In this document: in pieces, positions 6,952-16,500 of the stretch
Position numbering within the stretch: the stretch's first letter is position 1
How the letters are laid out: each line of letters starts with the position of its first letter
From: a virus
Direction: 5' to 3' (one strand)
DNA length: 64,000 nucleotides
IMG/VR virus record: IMGVR_UViG_3300046804_003463
Location: 1-64,000 of that record
Program-made: the position numbers and the translations under genes
Notes under the pieces: generated by a model
Seen by the model: only the letters and a program-made list of their open reading frames with translations
Database searches by the model: none
Told to the model about the DNA's origin: nothing

Positions 6952-7200
6952 TCATAATGGTATGTTACTCCAGGTCTTGAGCTTTTGGCGCTTATCTTTG
7001 GAGTGGAGCTGGATTCTTGTCTCATCTACCAGCTGGTGTTCAATGCACAGGTCAATCATACACTGTAGGTCACCTAGTTCTTGTTCTAGTCTTTTGATGT
7101 TATCTGAGTGGTGTCCAAAGCGGTGTATCTTTGAGGCTATCTGAATTACTTCAGCGGCTTCTTCCTGTAGTATCGTCAGAATCTCGGTCGTGGTGTTCAT
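6952..7200 (-). CDS. MazG-like NTP pyrophosphohydrolase domain protein
   Basis: EEAAEV..EQELGDL (EEXXE..EXXD) metal-binding motif. Confidence 0.7.
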   Translation of the reverse strand: MNTTTEILTILQEEAAEVIQIASKIHRFGHHSDNIKRLEQELGDLQCMIDLCIEHQLVDETRIQLHSKDKRQKLKTWSNIPL

Positions 7201-7371
7201 GGGCTATACTTTGCATCGGCAATGATCAATGCACCAAGGATAATCCATAGAATGCCCCATACAGGAAAGCCAAGGGCAAGGTCAGCAAGTCCGTTTAGTA
7301 CATTAATGCTACCGATTGTATAGCCGATAGGTCTACGGTACTTCATTATTTTTTCATACAATGTTTTCATA

Positions 7372-7728
7372 TTATGCTCCGTTGGGTGATCCGAACATCA
7401 TGCTTAGTACACTCGGTTCGGGTGTATTGTTTTGTCCATGCTTTGCTACCATGATGCCAAGGTCGACGACTCGTTGAAACTTGGCTTTGTCTTTACATGC
7501 GACCTGTAGTTGAAATAGTATATCGGCTATATCTGGTCGGTCTTTCCATGTACCAATACAGATACCGTTGGGATTGACTTGACCTTTGAATACATCACAG
7601 TGACCAACCCAACAGAAATTGGTGTCACGGTATCGGTCACTTTCTACACTTTTCAGTACAAAATCGTTAAACTCTTTTTTTGTACCGGCAATGACATATA
7701 ATACTGTCCACACGTAACGATACCTCAT
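7372..7728 (-). CDS. Hypothetical protein, paralog of 10758-11009
   Basis: Shared LYV(I/V)AG..E(F/Y).DFV..G..IG(T/S) pattern. Confidence 0.6.
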   Translation of the reverse strand: MRYRYVWTVLYVIAGTKKEFNDFVLKSVESDRYRDTNFCWVGHCDVFKGQVNPNGICIGTWKDRPDIADILFQLQVACKDKAKFQRVVDLGIMVAKHGQNNTPEPSVLSMMFGSPNGA

Positions 7729-7907
7729 TTCGTTAGATCGTTATACATCCACTCATATTCACGGAGGCGATCAATTTCATTCGCTGCCTCTTCCAGCAGG
7801 TCGGCAATACGGTCGGGTTTGTTTTCTTGTACAGACTTGCGGTCGGGTATCTGGCGGCGTATCTCAGCCCGTTTTCGCAGTCGGTACACCAGGTCTTGGT
7901 CGTTCAT
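7725..7907 (-). CDS. Conserved phage hypothetical protein
   Basis: RLRKRAEIRRQIP..DRIADLLEEAA. Confidence 0.7.
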   Translation of the reverse strand: MNDQDLVYRLRKRAEIRRQIPDRKSVQENKPDRIADLLEEAANEIDRLREYEWMYNDLTK

Positions 7908-8125
7908 TGGTTAACTCCGAAATGTTTTAGAATCTTATCAGCACAATAATGGCCATCCATCCCTTTGTCACCTAGTTCTTCACATATACCTAAGCATTCA
8001 TTGACAATCAACTCGGCGAACTTTTCTGTCCATAGTCGTTGCTTTTCTTCATATGATTCTTTGTAGTGTTCATTGCCCACATAAAAATCACAATGTTCAG
8101 CCAGTTCTCGGATTCGGTCATTCAT
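7904..8125 (-). CDS. Hypothetical protein
   Basis: MNDRIRELA..EKFAELIV.EC..KHFGV phage motif. Confidence 0.7.
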   Translation of the reverse strand: MNDRIRELAEHCDFYVGNEHYKESYEEKQRLWTEKFAELIVNECLGICEELGDKGMDGHYCADKILKHFGVNQ

Positions 8126-8304
8126 TTTATATACTCAGTTCTTATCTACTGGCACACCAATGATTGTACACTGTACATTGCGTGGCAGTGTTTTTTCACA
8201 CTCGGTTAGTGCTTTTCTTTCAGCAGATTTTCCAGTGTCATAGCCCAGAAGACCGCCTATAAACAAAGCAAAAATTACAACAAAAAGTCCAAATACATTT
8301 TCCA

Positions 8305-8610
8305 TCATTCACTCCTTGGTAAATTATATTGTCGGGTATACTGGCTCGTCACTGAGCCGTGGATTGGTGGTGCTTCATATTGTACATTAGATTCTACGGG
8401 CAAATCAAATGCCGCCCGTATGATTTTTTTGTCGGCTTGTGAACCGCATAGTTGGGCGCAGTGTTCAGCCACTCGTTTGACCAGTTCTTCAATTAGCACA
8501 ATTTGCTTGGTGTTGGTCAGGTATGCCATATCAATGCCGACCTCATCACAGTATTTTTGAGTATTCTTATTCATAGCGGTGTCTTGTGAAATAGGTACAG
8601 ACATATGCAA
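8305..8610 (-). CDS. Hypothetical protein
   Basis: Co-oriented ORF. Confidence 0.55.
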   Translation of the reverse strand: MHMSVPISQDTAMNKNTQKYCDEVGIDMAYLTNTKQIVLIEELVKRVAEHCAQLCGSQADKKIIRAAFDLPVESNVQYEAPPIHGSVTSQYTRQYNLPRSE

Positions 8611-8676
8611 ATCGCCAGCATAAAGCCGGCGTACCAGAAGTGGTCAAATTTCATTTTTTGAGCATTTTTGACTGGT

Positions 8677-8871
8677 TTAATTCAATTTCAATGCTCTGGC
8701 AGCAGATTTATTTGCTTCAGAGAATGCATAGTCATTGGACAGGCTATTGTAGCCGTCATAGAATTTCCACTCACCGTTGACCAGTCGTTCTACCTTTACA
8801 TCATACAGTACATCAAACGGACTGCCATCATGCACAATCCGCACGGTACCAAAATCTTTCGCAATATACAT
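8677..8871 (-). CDS. Hypothetical protein
   Basis: TAATG coupling. Confidence 0.6.
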   Translation of the reverse strand: MYIAKDFGTVRIVHDGSPFDVLYDVKVERLVNGEWKFYDGYNSLSNDYAFSEANKSAARALKLN

Positions 8872-9077
8872 TATAAAACCCCCGCTATCTCTTTTGCATC
8901 AAGAATAATTGACTCACGTACCGCACCAAATACTTTGATTGGTCGGCTAAGTGTAACATGATGGGACATACCACCACCGTATTTTACACGACTCAGGTAC
9001 ACAGTGCCCGATACGGGATACTCACCCATATACATACCGACGATACGCTTACCGTCAAGAAAAGATTCACCGATCAT
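8871..9077 (-). CDS. Hypothetical protein
   Basis: G.V..SRVKYGG..H.V.L phage motif. Confidence 0.65.
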   Translation of the reverse strand: MIGESFLDGKRIVGMYMGEYPVSGTVYLSRVKYGGGMSHHVTLSRPIKVFGAVRESIILDAKEIAGVL

Positions 9078-9271
9078 ACAGCCTCCACAGGAGCAAACAT
9101 TTTAGCACCCTCACGCATAAAGTTTTTCAACTCACGGCGCACCTCAGAAGGAAACTCGTCCTCATATTCTAAAATAAAAGCAATTGCCTCAAGGGTTTTG
9201 TACCCACGTGCAATCCGAATAGATTCAACTTCAGCCATTAGATTCTTAAACATTTGACATCTCCAAATCAA
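9074..9271 (-). CDS. Hypothetical early protein
   Basis: GGAG RBS after promoter. Confidence 0.65.
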   Translation of the reverse strand: MIWRCQMFKNLMAEVESIRIARGYKTLEAIAFILEYEDEFPSEVRRELKNFMREGAKMFAPVEAV

Positions 9272-9285
9272 CTCATCACAGTGTT

Positions 9286-9314
9286 ATTATGGCGGAAAGT
9301 CAGGGGTTTGTCAA
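9286..9314 (-). promoter_or_regulatory. sigma70 early promoter
   Basis: TTGACA-17-CATAAT. Confidence 0.75.
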
Positions 9315-9559
9315 GGGCTATTATTTGTTTCTAGATTGATAATTGATTTCTTTTTGATACAGACAAAGGAACCTTGCTTTTCTTGAAACAAGATACCGTT
9401 GCGATTTTGACAAGCCTCTTCGGCAGCCTGGAATTGGCTACGGACTACATTGTAACCCGTAATTGCTACCAGTACACAAAAGGCATAAAAGGAATACAGT
9501 ACGACATATTCCCAATTAATTCTCTGTAATAGGAGGTTGATTCTCGTTTTCATTTCCAC
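9311..9559 (-). CDS. Small membrane protein
   Basis: One TM segment, Cys pair. Confidence 0.55.
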   Translation of the reverse strand: MEMKTRINLLLQRINWEYVVLYSFYAFCVLVAITGYNVVRSQFQAAEEACQNRNGILFQEKQGSFVCIKKKSIINLETNNSP

Positions 9560-9785
9560 TCACGCAAACATCACCAATAAAAATATAAACATTTGAATCT
9601 ATAGACTTTTGTGCATACAATTGATTATTATAGCACAGATATGGATCTTTGTATCGTTGCGCTGCATAGTATACCACATAACCTATGCCAGCTAAAATCA
9701 TCAGTATTGGAATGTACTTGATATACTTGACCAGTTCAGGCATCATGCCTAACAACTTGGGCAGTATTTCCAACAACTGTTTCAC
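9516..9785 (-). CDS. Small membrane protein
   Basis: One TM segment, Cys pair. Confidence 0.6.
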   Translation of the reverse strand: MKQLLEILPKLLGMMPELVKYIKYIPILMILAGIGYVVYYAAQRYKDPYLCYNNQLYAQKSIDSNVYIFIGDVCVSGNENENQPPITEN

Positions 9786-10000
9786 TTCACTTTACCTTTG
9801 TTCTTTACGGCTTCTGATAGCATACCTCTGATTACCAGCAATACACGATTTTTTTCTCTTTCGGTCAAATGTCTAACCAACATAAGTTTATCGTCATAAG
9901 ATTTTGCATTGTCTAGGAATTCTTGTGGTACTGCTAGTTTTTTCTTTTTGGGTTTGAACTTTTTGAGTTTTTCTTTTGGGTCTTCTGTATCGTTAGACAT
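9782..10000 (-). CDS. Hypothetical basic protein
   Basis: Coupled ORF. Confidence 0.6.
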   Translation of the reverse strand: MSNDTEDPKEKLKKFKPKKKKLAVPQEFLDNAKSYDDKLMLVRHLTEREKNRVLLVIRGMLSEAVKNKGKVK

Positions 10001-10039
10001 GATGGCCTTGATTGGATTATCACCGAATCATGCCACTAT

Positions 10040-10327
10040 TTATTCTATACAGTCTTTCATCTCACGCCAATAGTTTCGCTCTGCCCAATGCACAATACAC
10101 CAATCTTCAATGCATTGCTCTGAAGTAAGTTTTTCATCAGGTTGCCCACTGTCAACCATTTTTAAAAACCAGTGGAACCAGTATTGGTCTAGAATCTCTT
10201 TTTCTGATAATGTTTCCCAATGATTATATTCATGACCTGATTCTGTTACATCGGGATAAACGATGGTGTAGTATTTCATCAAATGCTTTCGGGTACAGTA
10301 ACTACAAAACCTGGCTTTGTTACCCAC
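10040..10327 (-). CDS. Hypothetical protein (likely start MKYYTI)
   Basis: CIEDWCIVHWA motif. Confidence 0.65.
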   Translation of the reverse strand: MGNKARFCSYCTRKHLMKYYTIVYPDVTESGHEYNHWETLSEKEILDQYWFHWFLKMVDSGQPDEKLTSEQCIEDWCIVHWAERNYWREMKDCIE

Positions 10328-10509
10328 AGTTTACCATATCTACCACATAATCCATTACGATCAGGACCACCTAGTCGCATACTACGACAGGTTTCCCTTG
10401 AATGCTCACCGTAGATAGGGTCATCATATTTCAAGGCTTCTGGATGTAAGCAAAAAGCCTCTTTGTCAGAGGCTTCTTCAAAAAATTTACAATCTTTACA
10501 TAGTTTCAT
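10279..10509 (-). CDS. Small Cys-rich protein
   Basis: CKDCKF..C.HP..C..MR..CG..G. Confidence 0.65.
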   Translation of the reverse strand: MKLCKDCKFFEEASDKEAFCLHPEALKYDDPIYGEHSRETCRSMRLGGPDRNGLCGRYGKLWVTKPGFVVTVPESI

Positions 10510-10709
10510 TACATTTCGCCATAAGCAATCGCATCAAGGTCATACGAATGAGCCGCATACATCATCGCCTCATGTTCAGCAAATAATGCGTCCAACATAG
10601 CCTCACATTCATCATCAACATAATCAGTCAAAGTAGCCTCAGCAATTTCCATTGCTAATTCGTTAATCATATCTTCATCAACAGCAGGACCAGCCATCAC
10701 AACCTCCAT
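10509..10709 (-). CDS. Small acidic early protein
   Basis: GGAGG RBS after promoter. Confidence 0.6.
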   Translation of the reverse strand: MEVVMAGPAVDEDMINELAMEIAEATLTDYVDDECEAMLDALFAEHEAMMYAAHSYDLDAIAYGEM

Positions 10710-10727
10710 ATCAACTCAAGAAATAAT

Positions 10728-10756
10728 AGTATATCAGCAATTACAAACTTTGTCAA
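10728..10756 (-). promoter_or_regulatory. sigma70 early promoter
   Basis: TTGACA-17-TATACT. Confidence 0.8.
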
Positions 10757-10757
10757 G

Positions 10758-11009
10758 TCAGCCACCTTTGGCTTTTATCGTTTTGATAACGGTATCAATC
10801 TCAGGCCAGTCGTTGCGTTCTTGATAACTACCAATGTAGAACCCACGAATAGCATCCAACCCACGCAAAACATCGGCGCTGACAACATACCGAAAATCAT
10901 AATCATGACCTCTCATTCGTTTACGAATTACAAAATCGTCGTATTCTTCCTGATTGCCCGCCACGACATATAGCGGACCAAGTTTAGTCTTCTGCATCCA
11001 TTTTCTCAA
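10758..11009 (-). CDS. Hypothetical protein, paralog of 7372-7728
   Basis: Shared motifs. Confidence 0.6.
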   Translation of the reverse strand: MRKWMQKTKLGPLYVVAGNQEEYDDFVIRKRMRGHDYDFRYVVSADVLRGLDAIRGFYIGSYQERNDWPEIDTVIKTIKAKGG

Positions 11010-11214
11010 AGATTAACATCTTAGCGATATTGATATATTGACGGGCACGATTTTTGTCGTTAAACTCAATCAATTCTTGTGCATCAGACAAATATGATGC
11101 AATCACCATACCAATGCCAGACATTTTAAATGTAAGCGAATCTTCAATCATTTCAAGAATTTCTGCCTTAGGTGAACCATAGGCTTGCATTTCCCATTCA
11201 AGTTTATTCATCAC
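10984..11214 (-). CDS. Hypothetical protein
   Basis: SYLSDAQE..ARQYINIAK. Confidence 0.65.
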   Translation of the reverse strand: MMNKLEWEMQAYGSPKAEILEMIEDSLTFKMSGIGMVIASYLSDAQELIEFNDKNRARQYINIAKMLIFEKMDAED

Positions 11215-11420
11215 ACACCCTCCAGTGCTTCGTAGACATATTCTTTCACTGCGGTATCAGTCGCTTCACCGAAACCATCTACAGTGGCAATATCAAACAG
11301 AATATCTAAAACTTCATCAAATGACCAACCAAGTTCTTTTGCAGCAATTACAATCCCGTCAATCACACGATTGCCGTTATCTGTAAACATACCATAATGT
11401 TTCATCACAATCTCCATCAT
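11211..11420 (-). CDS. Hypothetical protein
   Basis: YGMFTD.GN..EATDTAV.E motif. Confidence 0.65.
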   Translation of the reverse strand: MMEIVMKHYGMFTDNGNRVIDGIVIAAKELGWSFDEVLDILFDIATVDGFGEATDTAVKEYVYEALEGV

Positions 11421-11701
11421 TTAAAAACAATCAACGCCAACAGTATGCTGTTAAAGAAGAAACCAACAGCGTTACTAATTATGTATAACTTATCGTTCCT
11501 ACCCAATGCACGAACCAGAAACAGAAACAAACCGCCCCAGACCATCAACACCATGCTCAATGGTGGCAACTTATCGCTGTAACCGAGAATCACACCCAAA
11601 CTAGTTGGCAGAGTAGCAGCATGAATCATAACCATACCGACCCAGCCACAAGCCTCACTCAAATCAAACTTAACTGCTTTCTTAACCATTTCGTAACTCA
11701 C
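11417..11701 (-). CDS. Three-TM membrane protein (PQ-loop/SemiSWEET-like)
   Basis: Three hydrophobic helices, YIISN motif. Confidence 0.55.
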   Translation of the reverse strand: MSYEMVKKAVKFDLSEACGWVGMVMIHAATLPTSLGVILGYSDKLPPLSMVLMVWGGLFLFLVRALGRNDKLYIISNAVGFFFNSILLALIVFK

Positions 11702-11718
11702 TTTCTCATCACATGGTT

Positions 11719-11747
11719 AGTATGGCGGAAAGCGGTCAGATTGTCAA
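11719..11747 (-). promoter_or_regulatory. sigma70 early promoter
   Basis: TTGACA-17-CATACT. Confidence 0.7.
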
Positions 11748-11823
11748 GCGTTTTATCTGCTAGGAGCCTGTCTTTTGCGCCAAAGTGATTTCTTTTTGAT
11801 AACTTTTGTGTCAACCGGTGTTG

Positions 11824-12174
11824 TCATCCTTGCATCTTTCTTATCAATTTTACATCGGAATCGGGGGTCACGTAGATTCTTGCACGAATGATAACTTCAT
11901 CTTTCGCATAATCTTGCTGTTTTGTAAACTCTATACACTTGTTGTCCATGATTTCACGTACTATCAATGAAATCAATCGATTTTTCAACTCAAGGTCATC
12001 CATTTGCTCGGCTTCATACGGTGACATTGATAATGAGGCTGTCAGCATTTTGCCTTGAATAATATAATCAATTGAATTTATTGGTGGTATTGTAGTGTTG
12101 GTGCTTATAGGAATACTGGACGGTATTGTTGACATGTTTTGAATAATGCTATCATAACCATGTAATGTACTCAT
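11824..12174 (-). CDS. Hypothetical protein
   Basis: GGAG RBS. Confidence 0.65.
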   Translation of the reverse strand: MSTLHGYDSIIQNMSTIPSSIPISTNTTIPPINSIDYIIQGKMLTASLSMSPYEAEQMDDLELKNRLISLIVREIMDNKCIEFTKQQDYAKDEVIIRARIYVTPDSDVKLIRKMQG

Positions 12175-12193
12175 AATATCTCCATAGTAAATT

Positions 12194-12268
12194 TGGCACG
12201 GCTAGCAGGAATCGAACCCACATTCGTTCTTTAGAAGAGAACTGTATTATCCATTATACGATAGCCGC
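12194..12268 (-). tRNA. tRNA-Arg(UCU)
   Basis: Anticodon arm GTTCT-CTTCTAA-AGAAC, GTTCGATTC, CCA end. Confidence 0.92.
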
Positions 12269-12457
12269 TTAATAATTTTTCAGAAAAACGCACCTTGGGC
12301 TTACACGATAACCATTCATATGCCACTGTTCTTTTACACGGTCACGTTCTTTGTAGCATTGCTCAAGGCTAGATTGTGGTGCCTGTATCACACCTTTGCT
12401 TTGCACCAATGAAGTATTAGGTTGTATCATGTACAGGCTAATAAACAAAATCCACAT
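12269..12457 (-). CDS. Small exported protein, paralog-like to 18711-18896
   Basis: MW-hydrophobic start, EQC..CV. Confidence 0.6.
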   Translation of the reverse strand: MWILFISLYMIQPNTSLVQSKGVIQAPQSSLEQCYKERDRVKEQWHMNGYRVSPRCVFLKNY

Positions 12458-13182
12458 TAGTAACCACCCGATAAATTTTCTGGTCGTGGTTCTGTACGCT
12501 GTGGTGCAGAATCGTCTTGCTCTTTCAAATGTAAGCCAGTCAAACTATGCTCATCACCAACATAACCTTTTAAGAATGTATTGATAGCGATACTTACTCT
12601 GGTATCACTACTCGTTGTTTGTTCTACCATATGTGTCAGATATGATGGAAAGATAACAACATCACCTGTGCCCACAGAAAACCACCATGATGATGAATTA
12701 TATGTGTTGAAGTTTTCTGTAGGCAACTCTATGCGATTATACCCCTCTTTGTAAAATGTGATGCGATCTTTTTCACGCTCTGTGCTAATGTAAATGCATC
12801 CAGATAGCCAACTATTCGGATGTGCATGTCTATGGTGATACTGTCCAGGTTTTGTGTAATTCATCCACGACTGCGTAATATAAGTTTCTACTGGATATTT
12901 TGGTGCATATACTGCTCTCATGAAATAATCCAGATGATACTGGTAGTATTGCTTTATTTCTTTCATTGTCGGATGTTCTAACACATAGCGATCAGAACTC
13001 GTTGTGTTACCAGAGTTTTGTGTCGTAGATTCGGCAGTTTTTTCAAAGAATTTTTTCTCCTCTTTGGTCCATTCACGATGAAACCTTGCAAATAGAATTG
13101 GTGTAGGAAATAACCCTTGAATTGTTGGATCCGGTATAATACTAATTGTGTTATTTTTCTTGCTCATTTTCATCCCTATCAA
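12457..13182 (-). CDS. 2OG-Fe(II) oxygenase (TIGR02466-like)
   Basis: LFPTPI, SWMN, HxH (HAHPNS), FPSYLTHMV, RVSIAIN. Confidence 0.85.
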   Translation of the reverse strand: MIGMKMSKKNNTISIIPDPTIQGLFPTPILFARFHREWTKEEKKFFEKTAESTTQNSGNTTSSDRYVLEHPTMKEIKQYYQYHLDYFMRAVYAPKYPVETYITQSWMNYTKPGQYHHRHAHPNSWLSGCIYISTEREKDRITFYKEGYNRIELPTENFNTYNSSSWWFSVGTGDVVIFPSYLTHMVEQTTSSDTRVSIAINTFLKGYVGDEHSLTGLHLKEQDDSAPQRTEPRPENLSGGY

Positions 13183-13283
13183 TATCTAACCACAAATAAC
13201 GTGCAGTGTCATCAATCACTCGTTGTGACCACATCTCTTCATTTTCTAGTACAGGCACATCATATTCTGGTGCCATCCAAGGC

Positions 13284-13508
13284 TTATTTGTATTTGCTTT
13301 CAAAGTATTCATTTACTTTATATTTTGCTTCTTCCATTGATTCTGCTATAACTTTTACCCATGCTATACCACCGGCAATTTCCATGTCAAATGGCACAGG
13401 ACCATTAAACTCAAACTCTTCGGGTATATTGATTTGTACTTCATATTCTTCAAGATTGCGTATGCGATTCATCACCGCATCAAACTCGGCTCGTCGTGTC
13501 ATAGTCAT
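13284..13508 (-). CDS. Hypothetical protein
   Basis: GGAG RBS. Confidence 0.65.
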   Translation of the reverse strand: MTMTRRAEFDAVMNRIRNLEEYEVQINIPEEFEFNGPVPFDMEIAGGIAWVKVIAESMEEAKYKVNEYFESKYK

Positions 13509-14370
13509 CTCCTATCACTCCATTGTACACGACTCGTTTCACAGTGTCAACTCTGTGAGCAGAATTTCGTGCGCCCATCACAACAATTACCTCATGATAA
13601 TCTTTTTCACCATTAACTTTGTGTACTAATATTGCCACGCAAAAGCCGGCAGGATTTGTGAAGCCTGTTTTACTTATTTGAACACCCTCTACTTGTGACA
13701 ATATAGCGTTGTTTGTATTATGTAGAACTAAAACTCTATTCTTTCTTTTACCTGGCGTTTCAATCGTCGTAATCTTTTTGGTAGAAATGTTTCGTATTTC
13801 TGGATAATTTGCCGCTTCAACAACCATCTGTGTTACATCACTGGCTGTGCTTACATTATATTTACTCAAGCCGGAAGGATCATCAAAACTTGTGTTGTAC
13901 ATGTCTAGCATCAATGCTTTTGAATTCATGTGATCCATAAAACGTCTACGACCACCGGGATAATCTGCCGCTAATGTTTCTGCTGCTGCATTGTCACTCT
14001 TGATTAGTAGCATATGAAACAATTCACCACGGGTATACTCAAGGCGTGGCATTTTACTGCCTGCATTTTTACTGAGTACAAGTTTACGATTCATATCACG
14101 ATCATAGTCTAATGCAACCATAGCAGTCATGAGTTTGGTCATACTTGCCAATGCACGGACTTCATCAATGTTTTGTGCCCTTGTAATTGTGCCCTCAGTA
14201 ATATTTGTGACCATTACCGATACAGTGCTATAAGTTTGCACTGTCTGCTGCTTTGCTTTCTTTTTCTTTTTAACTTTGTGTTTAGACTTGGCATCTGCGG
14301 TTGTTATCGTCAGAAAAAATAAAACAAAAAATGTTACAAGCCACTGTGTGAGTGTAAGTTTCTTATTCAT
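13480..14370 (-). CDS. D-alanyl-D-alanine carboxy/endopeptidase (peptidase S11, PBP7-like)
   Basis: Signal peptide, SMTK (SxxK), SDN (SxN), KTG triad. Confidence 0.9.
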   Translation of the reverse strand: MNKKLTLTQWLVTFFVLFFLTITTADAKSKHKVKKKKKAKQQTVQTYSTVSVMVTNITEGTITRAQNIDEVRALASMTKLMTAMVALDYDRDMNRKLVLSKNAGSKMPRLEYTRGELFHMLLIKSDNAAAETLAADYPGGRRRFMDHMNSKALMLDMYNTSFDDPSGLSKYNVSTASDVTQMVVEAANYPEIRNISTKKITTIETPGKRKNRVLVLHNTNNAILSQVEGVQISKTGFTNPAGFCVAILVHKVNGEKDYHEVIVVMGARNSAHRVDTVKRVVYNGVIGDDYDTTSRV

Positions 14371-14482
14371 TTAGTGATTAGAAAAAAAATAAATGGTGAA
14401 ATCATCACCATAAAGAATACAACGATGTAGAATAGTAGATACCTGAACATTGAGTTCATCGCCCTCTCCTTGGGCGACAAAC

Positions 14483-14725
14483 TTATTTCAGTTTATCACC
14501 CACTTGTTTGATTGTGTTTTCATAGCCTTCACAAAGTTCCATGTAATATTGAACCTCATTCCACGCATGTAACAATTGAAATTTTGCCTCATATAATGTA
14601 TTCGTCAGTGCTTTATATTTGTCTCTAGGACCATTCTCAATAAGTGTTATCAAAATGTCAAGTTTATCGATGATTGTAACATCACCACCAACATCATCAT
14701 CAAAACTATCCGGATCGTCTGTCAT
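14483..14725 (-). CDS. Hypothetical protein
   Basis: Co-oriented ORF. Confidence 0.55.
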   Translation of the reverse strand: MTDDPDSFDDDVGGDVTIIDKLDILITLIENGPRDKYKALTNTLYEAKFQLLHAWNEVQYYMELCEGYENTIKQVGDKLK

Positions 14726-14898
14726 TTTTCGCCTTTTTCAAGCAGATTAATTGCATCTTTTGTAAATCTTATTTCTTTATTAAGTGTATCACGAATTTCA
14801 TACAAATCAAGTAATCTTGCCCGCAAACGATTTAGTTCCACGTTTTCATCCGTGGTCTTTTGTTTGGGTGTAAATGTATATATCTCAGCCATGAAAAG

Positions 14899-14927
14899 AG
14901 TTTATCATCATTGAGAATATTTGTCAA
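14899..14927 (-). promoter_or_regulatory. sigma70-type promoter
   Basis: TTGACA-17-TAAACT. Confidence 0.6.
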
Positions 14928-15064
14928 TCGTTTGCATCATTTTCATCCATCAATGCCCACATGAATAGAAAACCTGCCATCGCTATTAATATGGCAAACA
15001 TATCACCCATTTGCATACCCATTACGATTAAAAACAGAAACAATAAAAATATGAATATTTTCAT

Positions 15065-15379
15065 TTACCACCTCTCTGCACGTTGCCATGTGTCATCGTA
15101 ATCAGCGGCGTAATCGGTGACATCTGGAATGTTGACTGCAAAATCCTCTATGTCAGGCATGTGTATCTCTTCACCTTTTCTGTGTGCCGAAAGATATTTG
15201 CCTGCTTTTGCACGTGTTGCTGCACCTTCAGGTGTTTGATGATACTCTAATAGTTTTTTTGACCGTATCGCCTTGTCTTCTTCAGAATGTACACGAACAT
15301 TACCACAAGACATGGAACAATATGGTCCACGTTTCTTGTGTGTTACTCCACATCTAGGACAGGTTTTTTCGGCGGGCAT
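15065..15379 (-). CDS. Zn-finger hypothetical protein
   Basis: CPRC..KRGPYCSMSC. Confidence 0.7.
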   Translation of the reverse strand: MPAEKTCPRCGVTHKKRGPYCSMSCGNVRVHSEEDKAIRSKKLLEYHQTPEGAATRAKAGKYLSAHRKGEEIHMPDIEDFAVNIPDVTDYAADYDDTWQRAERW

Positions 15380-15977
15380 TTTCTTCTAGTGTTTTCTCTA
15401 TGTATTCACATAGCCAATGACCTAAAATCAAATGACCTTCTTGTATGCGTGGTGTTGACGTTGATGGTATGGCAATGTAATAATCTGAGTAGTCATGCAT
15501 CCATCTTGTTTTCATACCAGTAAATGCAACATTGACTAGACCATTCATGTGGCCAAATTTCATTGCTTCAAGAATGTTTTCTGATAAACCTGAGGTTGAA
15601 AGATAGATTGCTACATCACCAGGATTTGAAAGTGCTTGTAGTTGTCTTGAAAAGATATGCTTGAAACCCAAATCATTACCAATTGCAGTGAGAATTGAGG
15701 TGTCAGTGTTCAAAGCAATAGCGGCATATGCATCACTCTGTAAATTGAAATAAGAAACTAATTCACCAGCAAGATGTTGTGCTTCTGCTGCTGAACCACC
15801 ATTGCCCATGAAAAATATTTTTTTATTGTTCAACAAGGCACTCACACATGCCTGTGCAGCAATTTTAGTTTCTTCTAATGGATTTGGTATTGGATGTGAA
15901 GCAAACTCTAATGGTGCATCCGCCAACAAAGAATCAATCACCGCTCTGGTGTCTTTCAAAGACTCATATATGTTCAT
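15354..15977 (-). CDS. gmhA: Phosphoheptose (sedoheptulose-7-P) isomerase
   Basis: GNGGSAAEAQH, TAIGND, STSG.S.N, RIQEGH. Confidence 0.9.
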   Translation of the reverse strand: MNIYESLKDTRAVIDSLLADAPLEFASHPIPNPLEETKIAAQACVSALLNNKKIFFMGNGGSAAEAQHLAGELVSYFNLQSDAYAAIALNTDTSILTAIGNDLGFKHIFSRQLQALSNPGDVAIYLSTSGLSENILEAMKFGHMNGLVNVAFTGMKTRWMHDYSDYYIAIPSTSTPRIQEGHLILGHWLCEYIEKTLEENARRKNLS

Positions 15978-15985
15978 AACGACCT

Positions 15986-16255
15986 CTATGCTGATTGAAA
16001 AATATCCTGCGCCCTACATGTGGTAATGAAATTGATGAATGCTACTGCTTCACTTTCATCTTCATAATATCGTAGTATTGTTTGACCTGTGTACTTTGAA
16101 ATAATCATGAGTAAGATATAGTGGTCACGGTAGGTGGAAAACTTTATCCACCAACCGTTTCTGACCACTGGTTGCCAAAACTTCGTCTTACCTTCTATAT
16201 CAAGCCTTAGTTTCTTTGATTTCGGATTTGATGATTTTTTTTGCATCTTCTGCAA
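15986..16255 (-). CDS. Hypothetical protein
   Basis: Co-oriented ORF. Confidence 0.6.
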   Translation of the reverse strand: MQKMQKKSSNPKSKKLRLDIEGKTKFWQPVVRNGWWIKFSTYRDHYILLMIISKYTGQTILRYYEDESEAVAFINFITTCRAQDIFQSA

Positions 16256-16451
16256 TGTTCTTATTCAGATTTACTACTTTCTTTGTATATGTAGTAAAAG
16301 TGTTTTCTGTAACACTGTCAAAATAGGCAATGGTGTGATCAACTAAAACTTTGTTGAAATCAATTGTTTTGATTGTTGCTTCTTCAGCCTTGCGCTGAAT
16401 ATCATTCCATGAGTAGAAAGTTGGAAATTGAGGTGCTTGTGTGAAAAACAT
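16200..16451 (-). CDS. Phasin-like amphipathic helical protein
   Basis: Small helical protein with phasin-like composition; upstream TGCACTGCA motif. Confidence 0.4.
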   Translation of the reverse strand: MFFTQAPQFPTFYSWNDIQRKAEEATIKTIDFNKVLVDHTIAYFDSVTENTFTTYTKKVVNLNKNIAEDAKKIIKSEIKETKA

Positions 16452-16500
16452 AATTATCTCCTGTAAAAGTTAGACAGCCCACTTAGGCACTGTCATACCA

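Noticed and set aside
6774-7025. 83-aa minus ORF
   Set aside because: Spans a consensus promoter and overlaps the MazG-like gene; probably spurious.
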